Source: Nitrospirota bacterium (GTDB taxonomy: Bacteria > Nitrospirota > UBA9217). Taken from it: DNA of 64,000 nt. This document shows, piece by piece, positions 31,650 through 40,853 of this stretch. Below the pieces are notes generated by a model. It was not told where the DNA came from, searched no databases, and saw only the letters and a program-made list of their open reading frames with translations. Both the position numbers and the translations under genes were made by a program. The stretch covers positions 832,001 through 896,000 of the forward strand of contig CAWBNQ010000003.1 in NCBI GenBank assembly GCA_963790205.1, written 5' to 3'. Numbering within the stretch: the first letter of the stretch is position 1; each line of letters opens with the position of its first letter.

Positions 31650-32570
31650 TTACCCCAGCAGCATCTCGAGCACCGCTTTCTGGGTATGGAGCCGGTTTTC
31701 CGCCTGGTCGAAAACCGCCGATTGCGGCCCGTCGATCACTTCGGCAGCGATCTCCTCGCCCCGGTGCGCCGGCAGACAGTGCATCACGAGGGCCTTCGGA
31801 TCAGCCAGCTTCATCAGTTTCTCATCGACCTGGTACCCCCGGAAAGCGTTCACGCGTTTGGCATGTTCGCTTTCCTGGCCCATGCTCGCCCAGACGTCGG
31901 TATATACGATGTCCGCGTTGGTGACGGCTTTCCCGGGGTCGTTCGAAAGCCGCACCTCTGAACCGGTTTGGACTGCTGCCAGCTTCGCTTCGCGCATGAT
32001 ACCCGCGTCGGGCTCGTACCCGGGAGGGCAGGCAAGGGAAATGTGCATACCCGCCTTGACGCAGGCCTCTATGAGCGAGTGGGCCATGTTGTTTCCGTCG
32101 CCCACGTATGAGAATTTCAGCCCCTTGAGATCGCCGCGTTTTTCCCTGATGGTAAAGAGATCAGCCAGCGCCTGACAGGGGTGATGGAGGTCTGTCAGGC
32201 CGTTGATCACCGGGACAGAAGCATGGCGCGCCAGTTCTTCTGCCGTGGCCTGGGCGAAGGTGCGGATCATGATGCCGTCGAGGTATCGAGAAAGGGTCCG
32301 TGCCGTGTCGGCAATAGGTTCACCACGGCCGATCTGGAGGTCGTTCGCGGACAGGAACAGGGCCTGGCCGCCGAGCTGGTACATGCCGACCTCGAAGGAC
32401 ACCCGCGTTCTTGTCGACGACTTCTCAAAAATCATGCCGAGGGACTTGCCTTTGAGCGGCTGGTGCATCCTGCCCTGTTTCTGCATTTTTTTCAGGGACG
32501 CGGACAGCTTGAGCACCTCATCGAGCTCCCTGGAGGTAAGGTCTGAAATGGCGAGCAAATCTTTTTTCAT
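31650..32570 (-). CDS. argF: Ornithine carbamoyltransferase
   Basis: FEKSSTRTR, HPCQ, TDVWASMG and HCLPAHRG motifs. Confidence 0.97.
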   Translation of the reverse strand: MKKDLLAISDLTSRELDEVLKLSASLKKMQKQGRMHQPLKGKSLGMIFEKSSTRTRVSFEVGMYQLGGQALFLSANDLQIGRGEPIADTARTLSRYLDGIMIRTFAQATAEELARHASVPVINGLTDLHHPCQALADLFTIREKRGDLKGLKFSYVGDGNNMAHSLIEACVKAGMHISLACPPGYEPDAGIMREAKLAAVQTGSEVRLSNDPGKAVTNADIVYTDVWASMGQESEHAKRVNAFRGYQVDEKLMKLADPKALVMHCLPAHRGEEIAAEVIDGPQSAVFDQAENRLHTQKAVLEMLLG

Positions 32571-32640
32571 TCGTTCTCCGGATAACGTCTTTAGCTCATA
32601 GCTCATGGCCCATAGAAAAATCTTCCCGCTATGAGCTTCA

Positions 32641-33834
32641 TTACCGCTTCGCGAATATCCCGTCAAGGGCATCAAGAAGCAGGTCGATCTCTTCCTCGGT
32701 GATGATGAGCGGCGGCATGAACCGCAGCACCCGGTCCATGGTGCAGTTGATGAGGAAGCCTTCCCTGATACAGGAGGCGACGATGTCCTTGCCTTCGAAG
32801 TCAAGCTCCATTCCGATGAGCAGGCCCTTGCCCCGCACGTTCTTCACGAAACCGTATTTTTTCTTGAGCGCGGCGAGCCCTTCCATGAACTGCCTGCCGA
32901 GCTGGTCCACTGCCTGAATGATGATATTGTCTTCGAGCAGAGCGTCGAGAGAGGCCAGGGCCGCCGCGCAGGCGAGCGGGTTGCCGCCGAAGGTGGAACC
33001 GTGCGAGCCTGGGGTGAATGCCTGGGAAGCCTTGTCCGTAGCAATCAGTGCTCCGATGGCCATGCCGGCGCCGAGCCCCTTTGCGAGCGCGGCCGCATCC
33101 GGCGTAATGCCGGAATGTTCATAGGCATAGAGCCTTCCGGTCCGTCCCATGCCGGTCTGTACCTCATCGAGCATGAGCAGGATGTTGTGACGATCGCAAA
33201 TATCCCGGAGCGCTTTCAGATAGCCTTCAGAAGGCACGTTCACTCCGCCTTCGCCCTGCACGGGTTCGACCAGCACGGCGCAAGTCCGTTCGTTTACCGC
33301 CTCTTCGACGGCTTTCGCGTCGTTGAACGGCACGTATCGGAACCCGGCGACGAGCGGTTCAAAGGATTTGTGGATCTTTTCCTGGGCAGTGGCCGCAAGT
33401 GCGCCCATGGTCCGGCCATGAAACGAGCCGTGCATGGTGATGATTTCGTACCGGTCTTGTTTTAAAACCTCCCGGCTGTAGCGCCGCGCGAGCTTGATGG
33501 CGGCCTCGACGGCCTCGGTGCCCGAATTACAGAAAAACGCCTTGTCGGCGAAGGAATTCTTGACCAGCGCCTTTGCAAGGTTGATCTGCGGCTCGTTATG
33601 GTAGTGATTTGACACATGCATCAACCGCTGGGCCTGCTTCTGGAGCGCGACGACCACCCGCGGGTGGCAATGACCGAGATTATTCACGGCCACGCCGGAG
33701 ACGAAATCGAGGTACTCCCTGCCGTCGGAATCGTACACCTTTGCGCCACGGCCTTTAACAAACACGAGCGGCTGCCGCCCGTAGGTGTTCATGATATATT
33801 TTTGAGAGTCTGCAAGAATGTCGCTTGTAATCAT
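32641..33834 (-). CDS. argD: Acetylornithine aminotransferase
   Basis: NSGTEA, SFHGRT, EPVQGEGG, DEVQTG, AKGLG and HGSTFGGNP motifs; adjacent to argF. Confidence 0.96.
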   Translation of the reverse strand: MITSDILADSQKYIMNTYGRQPLVFVKGRGAKVYDSDGREYLDFVSGVAVNNLGHCHPRVVVALQKQAQRLMHVSNHYHNEPQINLAKALVKNSFADKAFFCNSGTEAVEAAIKLARRYSREVLKQDRYEIITMHGSFHGRTMGALAATAQEKIHKSFEPLVAGFRYVPFNDAKAVEEAVNERTCAVLVEPVQGEGGVNVPSEGYLKALRDICDRHNILLMLDEVQTGMGRTGRLYAYEHSGITPDAAALAKGLGAGMAIGALIATDKASQAFTPGSHGSTFGGNPLACAAALASLDALLEDNIIIQAVDQLGRQFMEGLAALKKKYGFVKNVRGKGLLIGMELDFEGKDIVASCIREGFLINCTMDRVLRFMPPLIITEEEIDLLLDALDGIFAKR

Positions 33835-33879
33835 GGTGACCAACGTAGCATAATCATTATGAAAAATCAAATAAAAACT

Positions 33880-34062
33880 GGCCCTGCAGCAGGAATGAGG
33901 ATCCTCGGTACGAAGCGAAGTGCCCCGGGGATCGTTGAGGCGCGTCGATCGTTAACGAGGCTGGAAAGCGCCCGGCGGGACCTTACTCCACCCGGGCCTG
34001 GCGACGAGGGGGCGCTGGCGCCCATTGCAACCCGGCTGCAGCCATGGGTCCCGTCTTTTTTT
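33880..34062 (+). ncRNA. Structured RNA candidate of about 170 nt, rod-like with an internal bubble (possible 6S RNA)
   Basis: GC-rich block between AT-rich flanks with nested pairings CTGCAGC/GCTGCAG, AATGAGG/CCCATT, AGTGCCCC/GGGGCGCT, TCGTTG/CGACGA and AGGC/GCCT; G-U pairs favour the + strand; T7 run at 34056-34062. Confidence 0.5.
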
Positions 34063-34125
34063 GCAAAATTGTTTTATTTCCCGTTATTTTCAGCCCTGCC
34101 TGACAAGTATCCCGAGTATTTTTTA

Positions 34126-34154
34126 TTGACAAAACAGGGATACTGTTTTATTAT
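34126..34154 (+). promoter_or_regulatory. Sigma70-type promoter of the hom operon
   Basis: TTGACA (34126-34131), 17-nt spacer, TATTAT (34149-34154). Confidence 0.7.
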
Positions 34155-34355
34155 CAATTTTACTTTTTAAATTGCGCGGTTAGATGAATAAACTGTTTGA
34201 TAAAGAAAGAGATAGCCATGTCTGAGCGCTTTGCCGGGAGCAAGAAGCTGCCGTCCTGCGTCTTTGCGATTGTTCTGTGTCAATCAGCGTCAAAAGATTT
34301 CCTCTGTGTCTGAGTGCCGTGGTAATATCTATTTCATAAATTTCAGGTGGAAGAG

Positions 34356-35669
34356 ATGACATCGAAGAAATCAATCAACGTCGGCATCATCGGTTTCGGC
34401 ACGGTCGGCACGGGAACGGCACGCATCCTGATCGAGAATGCAGACATCATCAAGCGCAGGCTCGGCGCGCCGGTCGTGCTCAAGATGATATCGGACCTCG
34501 ATGTAAAGCGCGATCGGGGCATAAATCTGAGCGGGGTTAAGCTCACGAGCGATGTGAAGGATATCATCAACAACCCCGGCATCGATATCGTCGTGGAGCT
34601 CATCGGCGGGTATAAACCGGCTAAAGAGTTCATCCTCGAGGCGATCAAGAACAAGAAACACGTGGTGACCGCGAACAAGGCGCTCCTGGCCGTCCATGGA
34701 GAGGAGATATACTCCGCAGCGGAGAAGGCCGGCGTCACCGTCGGATACGAAGCCTCTGTCGCGGGTGGAATCCCGATCCTCGCCGCCGTGAGGAGCGGAC
34801 TTGCAGCGAACAACATCAGGTCCATCTACGGCATCGTGAACGGCACCTGCAACTACATCCTGACGCTCATGACGAGCGCCGGCAGGAAGTTCGATGAGGT
34901 CTTGAAGGAAGCCCAGGCAAAAGGCTACGCCGAGGCCGATCCGACTTTCGATATCGAGGGCATCGATTCGGCTCACAAGCTTGCGGTCCTCACGATGCTC
35001 GCCTTCGGCACGCCGGTCAGGTTCGACGACATCTACACCGAGGGCATCTCAAAGATAACACCGCTCGATATCGATTTCGCGAGGGACCTCGGCTACAAGA
35101 TCAAACTCCTCGCCATTACCAAGACGGTGAATGACGAGATCGAAGCCCGCGTCCATCCGACCATGCTGCCCGAGACCTATCCCATTGCCACCGTTGACGG
35201 TGTGTTCAATGCGCTTTCGGTGGTCGGCGACGCGGTCGGCCCTACCATGTTCTACGGCCGGGGCGCCGGCGACATGCCCACGGGAAGCGCTGTGGTAAGC
35301 GATATCATCGACATCGGCAGGGACATCCTTGCGGGCTGTACTGACCGGTCGCCGGTCACGGCTTTCCGTGAGCGTAAGCCGCTTAAGATACGAAAGATGG
35401 ATGATATTACGTCGTGCTATTATCTCCGGTTCTCGGTTCTGGATAGACCGGGCGTTATGTCGCGCATTACGGGGGTGCTCGGCAGGAACAATATCAGCAT
35501 CTCCTCCATGATCCAGAAGGGACGCAAGGTGGACGAGGCCGTACCGGTCGTGATGATGACCCACGAAGCTATAGAACACAACGTTCGCAAGGCGCTCGCC
35601 GAGATCGATACCATGGACTGCGTGGCAGGGGCCACGGTCGTCATCAGGGTGGAAGAGGGAAAGCAGTAA
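34356..35669 (+). CDS. hom: Homoserine dehydrogenase with ACT domain
   Basis: GFGTVG, VVTANK, EASVAGGIP, NGTCNYIL, GYAEADPTFDIEG and GRGAG motifs; ACT DRPGV. Confidence 0.97.
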   Translation: MTSKKSINVGIIGFGTVGTGTARILIENADIIKRRLGAPVVLKMISDLDVKRDRGINLSGVKLTSDVKDIINNPGIDIVVELIGGYKPAKEFILEAIKNKKHVVTANKALLAVHGEEIYSAAEKAGVTVGYEASVAGGIPILAAVRSGLAANNIRSIYGIVNGTCNYILTLMTSAGRKFDEVLKEAQAKGYAEADPTFDIEGIDSAHKLAVLTMLAFGTPVRFDDIYTEGISKITPLDIDFARDLGYKIKLLAITKTVNDEIEARVHPTMLPETYPIATVDGVFNALSVVGDAVGPTMFYGRGAGDMPTGSAVVSDIIDIGRDILAGCTDRSPVTAFRERKPLKIRKMDDITSCYYLRFSVLDRPGVMSRITGVLGRNNISISSMIQKGRKVDEAVPVVMMTHEAIEHNVRKALAEIDTMDCVAGATVVIRVEEGKQ

Positions 35670-35755
35670 TTGCGGATTTCAGATTTCGGATTTCGGATTG
35701 ACAGGCAAGCACGCTGCTTATAATATTCCGCAATTCGCAATGCGCAATCCGCAAT
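35669..35755 (+). repeat. Inverted heptamer tandem-repeat cassette with a promoter between the arms
   Basis: ATTGCGG ATTTCAG ATTTCGG ATTTCGG ... CCGCAAT TCGCAAT GCGCAAT CCGCAAT; TTGACA-17-TAATAT inside. Confidence 0.8.
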
Positions 35756-35765
35756 GGAGGTTTCA

Positions 35766-36026
35766 ATGGCTGACGACATTAAAGTTGATAAGTCGCTCGA
35801 CATAAAAGGCCAGGTCTGCCCGTATACGTTTGTCCGTTCGAAGCTCGCCATCGAGAAAATGAACCTTGGCGAGGTCCTCGAGATCGTCACGGACCACAAA
35901 CCGGCATCGGAAAACGTTCCCCGGAGCATGGAGAACGAGGGCCAGAAAGTGTTGAAGATCGAGCAGACCGCTGAAAAAGAGTGGCACATTTTCGTGAGGA
36001 AGGACAAAGAAAAGAAAAAGGCATGA
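35766..36026 (+). CDS. TusA/SirA-family sulfurtransferase
   Basis: LDIKGQVCPY motif, GEVLEIVTD; SD GGAGG. Confidence 0.92.
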   Translation: MADDIKVDKSLDIKGQVCPYTFVRSKLAIEKMNLGEVLEIVTDHKPASENVPRSMENEGQKVLKIEQTAEKEWHIFVRKDKEKKKA

Positions 36027-36104
36027 AATGTGAAGAGTGAAACGTGCATGATCAATTTCCAGAACCCTTTCCCGGTTCACGTTTCACGTATCACGAGGTA
36101 ATCT

Positions 36105-36908
36105 ATGGAATTTACCGAAGACCAGATACTGCGTTACAGCAGACATATTCTCTTACCCGAGGTCGGGGGCGACGGGCAGGAGAAGCTCCTGAACGCCAGG
36201 GTCGTGCTCGTGGGCGCCGGAGGGCTCGGCTCTCCGGTGGGGTACTACCTTGCCGCAGCAGGTGTGGGCACGATCGGCGTGATCGACAATGACCGCGTGG
36301 AGATATCGAACCTCCAGCGCCAGATCGCCCATAACACGAGCAGGATCGGGGTGTTCAAGGCGGACTCGGCGAAAGAGACCTACGAGACGCTGAACCACGA
36401 TGTTAAGGTCGTTACCCATAAGGAACGTCTCACGTCTGCGAACATCATGGATATCATCAAAGATTACGACATCGTGGTTGATGGAAGCGACAACTTCCCG
36501 ACGAGATATCTCGTGAACGATGCCTGCGTGATGCTCAAAAAGACGCTCGTGAGCGCAGCGGTCTTCCGGTTCGAGGGACAGGTGATGACCATCTTCCCGG
36601 GCCAGGGTCCGTGTTACCGCTGCCTGTTCGAGGTACCGCCTCCGCCCGGCATGGTGCCGTCCTGCCAGGAGGCGGGCATTCTCGGCGTGGTGACCGGTGT
36701 GATCGGGACCATCCAGGCCACCGAGGTCATTAAAGCGATCCTCGGCATCGGTCATCCGCTGAAGGGGAAGCTCCTGCTGTGGAACGCGCTTGACATGAGC
36801 TTCCGCACGGTCAAAGTGCCGCGGAACAAGGAATGCCCGGTGTGCGGAGAGAAACCTACCATAACGGAACTGATCGATTACGAATGGTTCTGCTCGATGA
36901 GCCATTGA
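36105..36908 (+). CDS. MoeB/ThiF-family E1-like adenylyltransferase (no rhodanese domain)
   Basis: RYSRH, GAGGLG, SNLQRQ, DNFPTRY, CYRC, SCQEAG and CPVC motifs. Confidence 0.95.
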   Translation: MEFTEDQILRYSRHILLPEVGGDGQEKLLNARVVLVGAGGLGSPVGYYLAAAGVGTIGVIDNDRVEISNLQRQIAHNTSRIGVFKADSAKETYETLNHDVKVVTHKERLTSANIMDIIKDYDIVVDGSDNFPTRYLVNDACVMLKKTLVSAAVFRFEGQVMTIFPGQGPCYRCLFEVPPPPGMVPSCQEAGILGVVTGVIGTIQATEVIKAILGIGHPLKGKLLLWNALDMSFRTVKVPRNKECPVCGEKPTITELIDYEWFCSMSH

Positions 36909-36980
36909 GAAATGCGGAATGCGGTATGTTTGGAACTCGCAAGGCGTTAATGGGCCGCGGCGTCCTCCCCGGAAAAAACG

Positions 36981-37391
36981 ATGTTGATATTAAGGAAATC
37001 CGATCTCCAAAGTATCTTCGAACATTGTGACCGTGAATTTCCTAATGAGGCATGTGGAATTCTCGCTGGCAGGGACAGGACGGTTGAAAAAATATATGCC
37101 CTCGCGAGCGAGAAGCCGAGTCCGATCGCTTACCGCATAGACTCGAAAGAGCATATTCGTGTTATACGGGAGATGCGCGACGAGGGGAGAGATCTGGTTG
37201 GCATCTATCACTCGCATACGGGCAGCCCGGCATACCCGTCTTCAACCGATGTAGAACTCGCGTACTATCCGGAAGCCGTGTATGTGATCGTATCGCTCCT
37301 GGACAGAAAGGACCCCGCAATAAAGGGGTTTCACATTATTGAAGGCGAGATCACGGAAGTGCCGGTGGATGTTATTTCGGAGGGGAAATAG
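36981..37391 (+). CDS. JAMM/MPN+ (M67, Mec+-like) metallopeptidase
   Basis: PNEACG and YHSH-x7-S-x2-D (YHSHTGSPAYPSSTD). Confidence 0.93.
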   Translation: MLILRKSDLQSIFEHCDREFPNEACGILAGRDRTVEKIYALASEKPSPIAYRIDSKEHIRVIREMRDEGRDLVGIYHSHTGSPAYPSSTDVELAYYPEAVYVIVSLLDRKDPAIKGFHIIEGEITEVPVDVISEGK

Positions 37392-37394
37392 CAG

Positions 37395-38627
37395 ATGACG
37401 TACGTAAAAGGCTTGCGGTGTGTCGAGTGCGGCAGGGAATACAAGATCGACCCCATTTATGTGTGCGATTTCTGTTTTGGACCGCTTGAGGTGACCTACG
37501 ATTACGAGCGGATCAAGAAGGACATGACAAGGCAGAAGATCGAGTCGCGGCCGCACAATATGTGGCGGTACCGCGAGCTCCTCCCGATCGACGGAGATCC
37601 GGTCACGGGTTTCGATTCCGGCTTCACGCCGCTCATGAAAGCCAACAACCTGGCCAAGGCATGGGGCGTGAAGGAAATTTATATCAAGGACGACTCCGTG
37701 AACCACCCGACGTTGTCGTTCAAGGACCGGGTCGTGGCCGTGGCGGTCACCAAGGCCAGAGAGTTCGGGTTCGATACGGTGGCGTGCGCATCCACGGGCA
37801 ATCTGGCGAATTCCGTTGCAGCGCAGGCGGCCCGGGCGGGCATGAAGCGCTTTATTTTCACGCCGTCGGACCTTGAGCTGTCGAAGACCATCAGCTCCCT
37901 TATCTATCAGCCGAACCTGGTGACCGTGGACGGCAATTACGACGAGGTGAACCGGCTCTGCTCCGAGGTCGCGAACAAGTATCGGTGGGCCTTTGTGAAC
38001 ATCAACATCCGGCCGTTCTACGGCGAGGGTTCCAAGTCCCTCGGTTTCGAGGTCGCGGAACAGCTCGGCTGGAAGACGCCGCACAACATCGTTGTGCCCA
38101 ACGCCAGCGGTTCGCTCATGACGAAGATCTGGAAGTCCTTTAAGGAACTTGAAAAGCTCGGGCTTGTTCCGCCGGTGAAGACCAGGGTGTTTGCGGCACA
38201 AGCCACGGGTTGCAATCCGATCACCACGGCGATCAAGGAAGGGAGCGATGTCATCAAGCCGGTTAAGCCCAGGACGATCGCCAAGTCGCTCGCCATCGGG
38301 AACCCGGCTGACGGATACTATGCGACGAAGGTCACGCGGGACACCGGCGGGTATGGCGCCGATTCCTCGGACCAGGAGATCGTGGACGCGATGAAGCTCC
38401 TTGCCGAGACCGAAGGAGTGTTTGCCGAGACCGCGGGCGGCGTGACCGTGTCCGCCGCCAAAAAGCTCGTGGAGTCGGGAAGGATATCGAAGGACGAAAC
38501 GCTTGTCATCTGCATCACCGGCAACGGGCTCAAGACCACCGAGGCTGTCGTAGACCATCTTCGGAGGCCGACGCCGATCAAGCCGAACCTCGAGTCGTTC
38601 GAGGAACTGTTGAAGAAAATACAGTAG
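37395..38627 (+). CDS. thrC: Threonine synthase-like PLP enzyme (fold type II) with an N-terminal zinc knuckle
   Basis: CVEC...CDFC; PTLSFKDR PLP-lysine motif; CASTGN; EGSKS; ITGNGLK. Confidence 0.88.
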   Translation: MTYVKGLRCVECGREYKIDPIYVCDFCFGPLEVTYDYERIKKDMTRQKIESRPHNMWRYRELLPIDGDPVTGFDSGFTPLMKANNLAKAWGVKEIYIKDDSVNHPTLSFKDRVVAVAVTKAREFGFDTVACASTGNLANSVAAQAARAGMKRFIFTPSDLELSKTISSLIYQPNLVTVDGNYDEVNRLCSEVANKYRWAFVNINIRPFYGEGSKSLGFEVAEQLGWKTPHNIVVPNASGSLMTKIWKSFKELEKLGLVPPVKTRVFAAQATGCNPITTAIKEGSDVIKPVKPRTIAKSLAIGNPADGYYATKVTRDTGGYGADSSDQEIVDAMKLLAETEGVFAETAGGVTVSAAKKLVESGRISKDETLVICITGNGLKTTEAVVDHLRRPTPIKPNLESFEELLKKIQ

Positions 38628-38745
38628 TTTTTTCGCCACAGAGAGCGGAGAAGAAGGACCGAAGGCTAAAACTCAGGATTTTAATTTCGGTGCTCTCAGC
38701 GTGCTCTGCGGTAAATTTTGAATGCTGTTTCAGGAGGAGTACCAG

Positions 38746-39024
38746 ATGGCAATTAAAGTAAGAATCCCGACCCCGCTGCAGAAACTCACGAACGGCAAGG
38801 CCGAGGTGGAGTGCAGCGCGAAGAACATCCTCGAACTCGTCGATGCCCTTGAAAAGGACTATCCCGGCATGAAAGAGCGTTTGTCGGACGGCGGGAAGAT
38901 CCGGCGGTTCATCAATATCTACGTGAACGAAGAGGACATCCGATTCGTGAACAAGGAAGAGACCACACTGAAAGACGGCGACAACGTCTCGATCGTACCT
39001 GCCATAGCAGGCGGACGCGGGTAA
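38746..39024 (+). CDS. MoaD/CysO-like ubiquitin-fold sulfur carrier ending GG-RG
   Basis: VRIPTPL...[13 protein letters not shown]...[24 protein letters not shown]. Confidence 0.93.
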   Translation: MAIKVRIPTPLQKLTNGKAEVECSAKNILELVDALEKDYPGMKERLSDGGKIRRFINIYVNEEDIRFVNKEETTLKDGDNVSIVPAIAGGRG

Positions 39025-39139
39025 GAAAGCCAGAAGAGGTGAAGATGAGAGGTTGAGAAGCTGAGCATTCGCAGCTTTCGTCGTATCGCGACTTCCCAAT
39101 TTCCCAGCTTCTTAATTTCTGTTTTACCAAGGAGGGAAC

Positions 39140-39382
39140 ATGGCAACGAAGAGAGTCAAACTGACGTTTCCGCAGGAACTGATCAAAGAACCCGTGGTCT
39201 TCACCATGGCAAAAAAGTTCGACGTGATGCCGAATATCCGCCGTGCCAAAGTCACCGAGAGCGTGGGCGAAGTGGTGCTTGAGCTCGAAGGCGCTGAAAA
39301 GAAACTTGAAGAAGGTATTAAATATCTCAAAGAGCGCGGCGTAAAGGTTGAGGCGGTTGAGGGAGATGTCGTAAGTTCATGA
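39140..39382 (+). CDS. Stand-alone NIL-domain protein
   Basis: KLTFPQELIKEPV...PNIRRAKV...GEVVLELEG...GVKVE pattern; SD AAGGAGG. Confidence 0.85.
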   Translation: MATKRVKLTFPQELIKEPVVFTMAKKFDVMPNIRRAKVTESVGEVVLELEGAEKKLEEGIKYLKERGVKVEAVEGDVVSS

Positions 39383-39537
39383 TTGTGCCTTTGGTTGTTG
39401 TTTTCATGCTATAAACGATTGTGTCGCCCGGATGCTGGCGGTTTCAAATGCCAAAGCCCAAAGTGTAACTGTTTCGGATTTGAATTTTATTTTTGTGTTT
39501 GATGTGAACTTCGTTCTTTGCCATTTTTCTTTGAACT

Positions 39538-40767
39538 ATGAAATATATCATCTTACTCGGTGACGGGATGGCCGATAGGCCGCATGCGGAACTTGGAGGC
39601 AAAACATGCCTGCAGGCGGCAAGGACGCCGAACCTCGACCAGCTTGCGACCTTGGGGCAGGTGGGCATGGTGCATACGGTGCCCGAGGGGTTTCCGCCGG
39701 GCAGCGACGTGGCCAATCTCACGGTCATGGGCTATGACCCGAGAAAATACTATACCGGTCGTTCTCCACTTGAGGCGGCAAGCATCGGCGTGGAACTGGG
39801 GCTCGATGACGTGGCTTTCCGCTGCAATCTGGTTACACTCAGGATCAGCGGCGGGAAATCCGCAACCGGCGTTAAAGGGCGCCATGCGATCATGGAGGAC
39901 TTCAGCGCCGGCCACATTACCACGCAAGAGGCGCGTCTGCTTATAGAAGAGATCGACAGTAAACTCGGTTCCGATCGCATCCGTTTTTATCCCGGCGTAA
40001 GCTACCGGCACCTGATGGTCTGGAAGGGCGGGAAGGACAAGATCGAGTGCGCGCCTCCCCACGATATCCAGGACAAGGACATCCAGGACTATTTTCCGCG
40101 GGGTGAAGGCGATGAGACCATCAATTCCCTGATGGAAGCATCGACCGATATACTCATGGCCCACCCCATAAATAAGACGAGACTAGAAAACGGCAAGCGT
40201 CCCGCGAACAGCATCTGGCTCTGGGGCCAGGGAAAAAGACCGACCATGCCGACCTTCCGGGAAAAGTACGGTCTCGAAGGCGCCATGATCTCGGCGGTCG
40301 ACCTCACCAAGGGTATCGGCATCTACGCCGGGTTCGAGGTGATCACCGTGCCCGGCGCAACGGGTTGGCTCGACACGAACTACGTGGGCAAGGCCGAGCA
40401 CGCGCTCTGGGCGCTCAAAACAAAAGACATCGTGTATGTCCACGTCGAGGCTCCGGACGAAGCAGGCCACACCGGCGACCTCAAGAACAAGATCAAGGCC
40501 ATAGAGGATTTCGATGAATTCGTGGTCGGGAACATCATCCACGGGATGAAGCAGTTCGATGAATACCGGATCATGGTCCTCCCGGACCATCCGACGCCGG
40601 TCGAGATCAGGACACACTCGAGTGAACCGGTGCCGTTCGCTATCTATGCTAACACCGAAGAACGTAAAGGGGGTCCCGTGACCTACGACGAGCGGATCGC
40701 GTATCGGAAAGAAGCCCTGGTGTTCAAAGAGGGCTACAGGCTGATGGATTATTTTTTGAAGAAGTAA
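39538..40767 (+). CDS. apgM: Cofactor-independent phosphoglycerate mutase family protein (ApgM type; proposed homoserine kinase)
   Basis: GDGMAD, PGSDVAN, TGRSPLEA, PPHD, HVEAPDEAGH and DHPTP...RTH motifs. Confidence 0.9.
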   Translation: MKYIILLGDGMADRPHAELGGKTCLQAARTPNLDQLATLGQVGMVHTVPEGFPPGSDVANLTVMGYDPRKYYTGRSPLEAASIGVELGLDDVAFRCNLVTLRISGGKSATGVKGRHAIMEDFSAGHITTQEARLLIEEIDSKLGSDRIRFYPGVSYRHLMVWKGGKDKIECAPPHDIQDKDIQDYFPRGEGDETINSLMEASTDILMAHPINKTRLENGKRPANSIWLWGQGKRPTMPTFREKYGLEGAMISAVDLTKGIGIYAGFEVITVPGATGWLDTNYVGKAEHALWALKTKDIVYVHVEAPDEAGHTGDLKNKIKAIEDFDEFVVGNIIHGMKQFDEYRIMVLPDHPTPVEIRTHSSEPVPFAIYANTEERKGGPVTYDERIAYRKEALVFKEGYRLMDYFLKK

Positions 40768-40853
40768 CAAGTTTGCCACGAAGTAACACCGTTACGAAGC
40801 AGCCCCGGATTTCTTAGCGGCTTGGTGACTTAGCGGCGAAAGTGAGGAAATAA

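Noticed and set aside
33880..34062. The structured element as SRP RNA or a known riboswitch (SAM, SAH, lysine, T-box, cobalamin)
   Set aside because: I could not find the diagnostic conserved blocks of these families on either strand by eye; only a covariance search can exclude them.
33616..34170. 184-aa plus-strand ORF across the argD start and intergenic region
   Set aside because: Antisense to argD, no motif or SD; the region is better explained by promoters and a structured RNA.
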